A stretch of DNA of 32,000 nucleotides. Origin: Gemmata obscuriglobus. Its GTDB lineage: Bacteria; Planctomycetota; Planctomycetia; Gemmatales; Gemmataceae. The stretch spans positions 630,001 through 662,000 of the forward strand of contig NZ_CP042911.1 of NCBI RefSeq assembly GCF_008065095.1, given 5' to 3'. The notes under the pieces are model-generated. The model saw only the letters and a list, made by a program, of their open reading frames with translations. It was not told the origin of the DNA and searched no databases. Position numbers and translations under genes: made by a program. How positions within the stretch are numbered: the stretch's first letter is position 1; the number at the start of each line of letters is the position of its first letter. Shown here piece by piece: positions 25,498 through 32,000 of the stretch.

Positions 25498-26469
25498 TCA
25501 AAGCTCCCCCGCAACCACCTCACCGGCGGCACGGGTGCTGAGCGCCGCGAACGTCGCCAGCGGCACCGAATCGCGCACGAACTGCACGTGCCCGTCCGCG
25601 AACACCACGTTCGCCCCGCCCGAGTGGAACGCGAACGGCTCGTTGTCGTTCTTGCGGTTCATTACCGAGGTGCACCCGCCCGCCGGCCCGCACCCCTCGG
25701 CCGAACCGTCGGCCGTCGCGCCGTCGAAGCTGAACGGCCCCTCGCTGTCCGCCCACCCGATGCCCTGGTCGTTGCTCAGGTCCGCGCGGGCGGTGCGGTT
25801 GCGGTACACCCGCGGGCGCCCCGCGGCCTCGACCAGCATGATTGTCGTCGAGGTGCCGTCGGTCACGTCGGTGACCCGCACCCGCGAGTTCCGGTGCAGC
25901 ACCGCGAACCGGTTGTTGGCGTCGTAGAGCGCGGCCGGTAGGTGCGGGTTGACCGCCGACGGCTGCACCCCCATCAGCGCCTCGTAGTCGGTCGGGGCCA
26001 GCGGGTTGGCGAACGTCATGGCCGGGCGCGGGGCCTTCGCCACCGCGCTGAGCACCTCCGCCCGACCGGGCACCGACGGGCACTGGAACACCTTCACCGG
26101 CACCGCGGCGGCGGTCGGGTTCGTGCCCTCCCACCAGTTCGAGCCGAAGTCGTACAGCTTTTGCAGGTTCCCCTGTTCGATGTACGGGAGCGTGAGCGGG
26201 CGCCAGCCGACGTACTTGCCGCTCGGGTTCCCGGGGCCGCTGGTCGTCCACCCGGACGCCGGGAAGGCGTCGCTCGCGTCGTGGAAGTTGTGCAGCGCCA
26301 GCCCGAGCTGCTTGAGGTTGTTCTGGCAGCTCATGCGGGCCGCCGCCTCGCGCACCTTCTGCACGGCGGGCAGCAGCAGCCCGATCAGGATCGCGATGAT
26401 GGCGATCACCACCAACAGCTCGATCAGGGTGAAAGCGGAGCGGGCCGACAACGGTGGGGTGCTTTTCAT
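25498..26469 (-). CDS. Prepilin-type N-terminal cleavage/methylation domain protein, DUF1559 family with H-X9-DG motif
   Basis: ATG at 26469. Leader [44 protein letters not shown] fits H-X9-DG. The long upstream extension in the ORF track is a shadow frame. Confidence 0.9.
   Translation of the reverse strand: MKSTPPLSARSAFTLIELLVVIAIIAILIGLLLPAVQKVREAAARMSCQNNLKQLGLALHNFHDASDAFPASGWTTSGPGNPSGKYVGWRPLTLPYIEQGNLQKLYDFGSNWWEGTNPTAAAVPVKVFQCPSVPGRAEVLSAVAKAPRPAMTFANPLAPTDYEALMGVQPSAVNPHLPAALYDANNRFAVLHRNSRVRVTDVTDGTSTTIMLVEAAGRPRVYRNRTARADLSNDQGIGWADSEGPFSFDGATADGSAEGCGPAGGCTSVMNRKNDNEPFAFHSGGANVVFADGHVQFVRDSVPLATFAALSTRAAGEVVAGEL
26290..26433. repeat. Dispersed nucleotide repeat (copy 2) covering the DUF1559 N-terminal coding region
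   Basis: Aligns with 6541-6682 at roughly 85-90% identity by eye. Confidence 0.85.
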
Positions 26470-26561
26470 CCCGCCATTGTCAGCCCGTTGGCACTTCGTC
26501 GGCAAGCGAAAAGGCGGGTCGTTTCGCCGGCCCGCGGTTAATTCGGTCCGGATGTGCGGCC

Positions 26562-27584
26562 TCAGGTGTACCGCTTCTTGATGCTCGGGATCAGGTACTC
26601 GCCGAACGCGGAGGCGAACCCGTACACCGGCCGGTGCCCCCAGTCGCTGCGGGCGGCGGAGTCGTCCACGTCCGCGGGCCACGAGTCCACGATCCCCTGG
26701 CGCTTCTCGTCCACCTGCGTGGTGATCTGCGCCCGCGGGAACGCGGCCCGCACCACCTGCTCGATCTCGGCGGCGCTGGGGGCGAACGCGCCGATGTTGT
26801 ACACGGTGCGGGTGAGGCGCGCCCGCGGGGCCTCCATCAGACGGAAGATCGCGTCCACGGCGTCGGGCATCGCCATGAACGGGATGCGGGTGTCCGGCCG
26901 CACGAAGCACGCGTACGGCTGCCCGGCGGCGGCGGCGTGGATCATCTCGGGGGCGTAGTCGCTGGTGCCGCCGCTGGGGACCGTTTCCGCCGAGATCAGC
27001 CCCGGGAACCGGATGCACCGGAAGTCCACCTTGCCGCTCATGACCTCGGCCGCGAGCTGCTTGTAGTGCCGCGCGTAGTACCGGCCCAGGTGCTCGCAGT
27101 ACAGCTTGTTCGCGCCGTACATGGTGGTGGGCACGTTGTAGTCGTCTTCCTTCAGCCGGCCGGCGCGGGCCTTCGCGCCGAGGTCCGGGAGCCCGAACGC
27201 CGCGATGCTCGACGGGTAGAAGAACGCGACCGGGCGGCCGTGGCTCTCGCCCTGCTTCTGGGCGAACTCCAGGAGGTTGAGCGTCCCCTCCACGTTCACC
27301 TTGTGCGCCAGGGCGGGGCTGAACTCGCTCCGCGTGGAGAGCAGCGCCGCGAGGTGGTACACGTGGTCCACCTCGTACTGCGCCAGCAGCCCGTCGAGCA
27401 GCGCGGGGTCGAGGATCGACCCGGACACCGCCTGCCGGACCAGCTTCGCCGACTCGGGCGGGAGCGGGTTCAGGTCCAGGGTGACGATGGGCCGCTCGGG
27501 GTCGGTGCGGGACAGGCGCGAGATCAGCGCGTGCCCGATCTCGCCCGACGCGCCGGTGATGAGGACAGAAGGTTTGCGTGACAT
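26562..27584 (-). CDS. NAD-dependent epimerase/dehydratase family protein, L-threonine 3-dehydrogenase-like
   Basis: ITGASGEIGHAL (GxxGxxG), catalytic YGANK, and C-terminal DSWPADVDDSAARSDWG typical of short-chain threonine dehydrogenases. Confidence 0.8.
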   Translation of the reverse strand: MSRKPSVLITGASGEIGHALISRLSRTDPERPIVTLDLNPLPPESAKLVRQAVSGSILDPALLDGLLAQYEVDHVYHLAALLSTRSEFSPALAHKVNVEGTLNLLEFAQKQGESHGRPVAFFYPSSIAAFGLPDLGAKARAGRLKEDDYNVPTTMYGANKLYCEHLGRYYARHYKQLAAEVMSGKVDFRCIRFPGLISAETVPSGGTSDYAPEMIHAAAAGQPYACFVRPDTRIPFMAMPDAVDAIFRLMEAPRARLTRTVYNIGAFAPSAAEIEQVVRAAFPRAQITTQVDEKRQGIVDSWPADVDDSAARSDWGHRPVYGFASAFGEYLIPSIKKRYT

Positions 27585-27649
27585 GAAGCGTGTTATACGC
27601 CCCCGCCGACCGGCGACAGCGGGCCGCGCCCGGGTGTGCGCGTTTCGGG

Positions 27650-28000
27650 CTACTTCTGGGCGGCGAGGTGCTCGGCCAGGGCCTGAATCTGCGCCTCGGT
27701 AAGCGTCCCCTCGAACGCGGGCATGAGCCGCGCGTCGGGCCGCACGCTCTTGGGGTTGCGGATGTAGTCGGCGAGCCACTTCGCGTCGTGCTCCCGGCCG
27801 GTCTTCGAGATGTCGGGGCCGCGCGAGCCGCCGATCCCGGGGCCGCCCGGCTGCCCGGCGCGGGCGTGGCACTTCGCGCAGTGCTGGTCGTACAGCGCCT
27901 GCGGAGAGGTCTCGTTGGGATCGGCCTTCGGCCCGCCGCAGCCGAGCAGGGCGTGGGCCGAGACGAACACCAGGTACGCGGCGAGACACCGACGGAACAT
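27650..28000 (-). CDS. Lipoprotein c-type cytochrome (monoheme)
   Basis: Signal peptide with lipobox LLGCG. Heme motif CAKCH. A distal Met candidate lies in RLMPAF. Confidence 0.8.
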   Translation of the reverse strand: MFRRCLAAYLVFVSAHALLGCGGPKADPNETSPQALYDQHCAKCHARAGQPGGPGIGGSRGPDISKTGREHDAKWLADYIRNPKSVRPDARLMPAFEGTLTEAQIQALAEHLAAQK

Positions 28001-28178
28001 GCGCGGTCCCTGTGCGCGGAGTGAATGTGGTGCCGTTAGTGTAGCAACGGGGGAACGGTCAGAGTTGCTGCCGCCTGTTCCGGCGCCGCTCACAATCCCC
28101 GATCCGTATTTCCCGCCGTCAGGGCTGTCGGGTAGCGTTTGAACTGGTTCCGTCCCGGTCCCTTGCGGAGGTTTGCCG

Positions 28179-28505
28179 ATGTGCGCACTACCGACCCTGG
28201 CGCTCGTTACCCTGTTCGAGTTGGTGGGGGCGTCCCCTCAACAGCCCCCGCAGCAACTCGGCGCCGACATCCGCAGCCGGCTGCTCGATAGCCACCGACA
28301 GCTCCTCGCGTCCACCGAGAAGACGCGGAAGGCGCTTGAGCGTCGCGCCGATGCGGGTTGGAGCCGCCAGATCGCTCGATACCGCGGCTATGAGGCCGAA
28401 CTGAAGCGGCAGATCGCGGCCCTGGAGGAGGGCCAGCTTCCGACCGACGCGCCACCGGCAGCCGGGCCAGTACCCGCGAGGCCGAAGCCGCCGGTCTGTG
28501 ACTAA
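28179..28505 (+). CDS. Hypothetical secreted coiled-coil protein
   Basis: ATG lies 8 nt after GGAG. Hydrophobic leader, GC-rich third positions, and a Pro-rich C-terminus. Confidence 0.5.
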   Translation: MCALPTLALVTLFELVGASPQQPPQQLGADIRSRLLDSHRQLLASTEKTRKALERRADAGWSRQIARYRGYEAELKRQIAALEEGQLPTDAPPAAGPVPARPKPPVCD

Positions 28506-28532
28506 CGTTCGTGGCGTCGATAACCGGATAAT

Positions 28533-28570
28533 GAAGTGGCCCGCGGGGTTTTAACCCCGCGGGCCACTTC
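28533..28570. terminator. Bidirectional terminator hairpin between convergent genes
   Basis: GAAGTGGCCCGCGGGG-TTTTAA-CCCCGCGGGCCACTTC, a perfect 16-bp stem (up to 18 bp), between the stops at 28505 (+) and 28588 (-). Confidence 0.65.
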
Positions 28571-28587
28571 GTTTCACTCACTCTTGC

Positions 28588-30771
<2,184 letters not shown>

Positions 30772-30977
30772 CGGGAGGAGACTCCTGTTCCGCGCCGCGC
30801 CGCGGCGCAACTCAGTAAAGGTGGTGGACAGCACGCAACGGGCGCCCTGTGGGCCGATTTCGGGCCGCGCGGTTGGGCTGGTCGGGGAGAGGTTACTCAG
30901 GTTATAAGCGTGATGAGAGTTGCGGCAAGAAGCAAGTTCCGCGCCGGCGGGCGAATGCGGCGTCAGGAGGACACACC

Positions 30978-31928
30978 ATGCGGACCATCGCGGTCATCAA
31001 TCAGAAGGGCGGGGTCGGGAAGACGACAACCACCGCGAACCTCGCGGCGGCGCTGGCGCTGGCGGGCAAGCGGGTGTGCGTGATCGACCTGGACCCGCAG
31101 GCGCACGCCAGCACCCACCTCGGGGCCGAGCCGGACGGCACGCTGCCGTCCCTGTACGACGTGCTGGTGTCCAACAAGCCGGTCGCCGAGGTGCGCCGCA
31201 CGGTGGGCGACAACCTGAGCCTGATCCCGTCGGACATCAACCTGGCGGCGGCCGAGGTGGAACTCGCGGGCATCGTGGGCCGCGAGGTGATCCTCCGCGA
31301 GGCCCTGGCGGCGGACGCGACCGCGTTCGATTACGTGCTGATGGACTGCGGCCCGTCGCTGGGGGTGCTGACGCTCAACGCGCTGGCCGCCGCGGACGAG
31401 GTGTTCATCCCGCTCCAGCCGCACTTCCTCGCGCTGCACGGGCTGAGCAAGCTGCTCGAAACGACGGCGCTCGTGGCCCGGCGCATCAACCCCAAGCTCA
31501 CGGTCACCGGGGTCGTGGTGTGCCTCTACGACGCTGCCACCAAACTCGCTCAGGAGGTGGTCACGGACCTGACCACGTTCCTGGCGCAGAGCCGCGGGGC
31601 GAACGTGCCGTGGGCGAACGCCAAGGTGTTCGGCACGAGGATCCGGCGCAACATCAAACTGGCGGAGTGCCCGAGCTTCGGCAAGAGCGTGTTCGCCTAC
31701 GCGCCGAAGAGCAGCGGTGCGACCGACTACGCCGCCCTCGCGAACGAGGTGATGGGCGTGGCGGCTCCGGTGGTGGTGGGGCCGCTGAAGCTGACGGTCG
31801 AAGTGCCGGTGGTCGCGGCTCCGGCGGCTGAATCGGCAGCGGTCGCGGTGCCGGTACTCGAAACGCCGGTGCTCGATGTGCCAGTTCGCCAAACGACCGT
31901 CGAGGTGCCGGAGCCTGCGGTGGCGTGA
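30978..31928 (+). CDS. ParA/MinD-family ATPase (orphan ParA-like) with Pro/Val/Ala-rich C-terminal tail
   Basis: ATG after AGGAGG. Deviant Walker [12 protein letters not shown], then DLDPQ and the Walker B-like segment VLMDCGPS. The 56-aa low-complexity tail spans 31758-31925. Confidence 0.9.
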   Translation: MRTIAVINQKGGVGKTTTTANLAAALALAGKRVCVIDLDPQAHASTHLGAEPDGTLPSLYDVLVSNKPVAEVRRTVGDNLSLIPSDINLAAAEVELAGIVGREVILREALAADATAFDYVLMDCGPSLGVLTLNALAAADEVFIPLQPHFLALHGLSKLLETTALVARRINPKLTVTGVVVCLYDAATKLAQEVVTDLTTFLAQSRGANVPWANAKVFGTRIRRNIKLAECPSFGKSVFAYAPKSSGATDYAALANEVMGVAAPVVVGPLKLTVEVPVVAAPAAESAAVAVPVLETPVLDVPVRQTTVEVPEPAVA

Positions 31929-31952
31929 TACCGCGTCTGGAATGGGCATGTA

Positions 31953-32000
31953 AACGAGAGCCGGCCCGGACAGGCAAACCTGTCCGGGCCGGCTCTCGTT
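31953..32000 (+). terminator. Long hairpin after the parA-like gene
   Basis: Perfect 22-bp stem AACGAGAGCCGGCCCGGACAGG / CCTGTCCGGGCCGGCTCTCGTT with loop CAAA. The window ends at the stem, so no downstream U-tract can be assessed. Confidence 0.6.

Noticed and set aside
25498-27018. Full 506-aa ORF-track version of the DUF1559 gene, and the similarly extended versions of 5672-6817, 16158-17096, 26562-27989, 27650-28093 and 28588-30834.
   Set aside because: The N-terminal extensions are Arg-rich shadow sequence. Internal ATGs with Shine-Dalgarno-like motifs give products that start exactly at the expected signal peptide or family N-terminus.

Overview
High-GC window (about 68% in one coding line I counted by hand). 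Gene content points to a Gemmata-like planctomycete chromosome. The evidence is two prepilin-leader/DUF1559 proteins carrying the H-X9-DG motif, a type III glutamine synthetase, Tat-exported enzymes, and many lipoproteins with Cys lipoboxes. I call about 30 protein-coding genes. These include a delta-9-type desaturase, an FAD/NAD(P)-binding protein, two paralogous CBS-pair proteins, and an XRE-cupin regulator coupled to a GNAT. There is also a metal ABC binding protein plus ATPase, purD, a Gfo/Idh/MocA oxidoreductase, and a PQQ-like beta-propeller with an inserted EF-hand. Further calls are a nitroreductase, a prenyltransferase/squalene-oxidase-repeat protein, an ABC-2 exporter pair, an amidase, an L-threonine-dehydrogenase-like SDR, a lipoprotein cytochrome c, glnN (GSIII) and an orphan ParA-like ATPase. 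I found no rRNA, tRNA, CRISPR array, transposase, integrase or recognisable defence operon. I cannot point to a clear novel multi-gene system. The features the gene calls do not explain are non-coding. They are a 152-bp nested inverted-repeat element in a divergent promoter region (18923-19074) and a 24-bp perfect hairpin (14550-14601). There are also two long, lower-GC, gene-free spacers (3634-4615, with an A12 tract, and 8155-8847, with repeats and palindromes). The remaining ones are a twin palindromic operator over the XRE start codon, a CAGGAT hexamer array, and a probable decayed MazF-like toxin-antitoxin relic. Many long ORFs in the track are high-GC shadow frames and were rejected.
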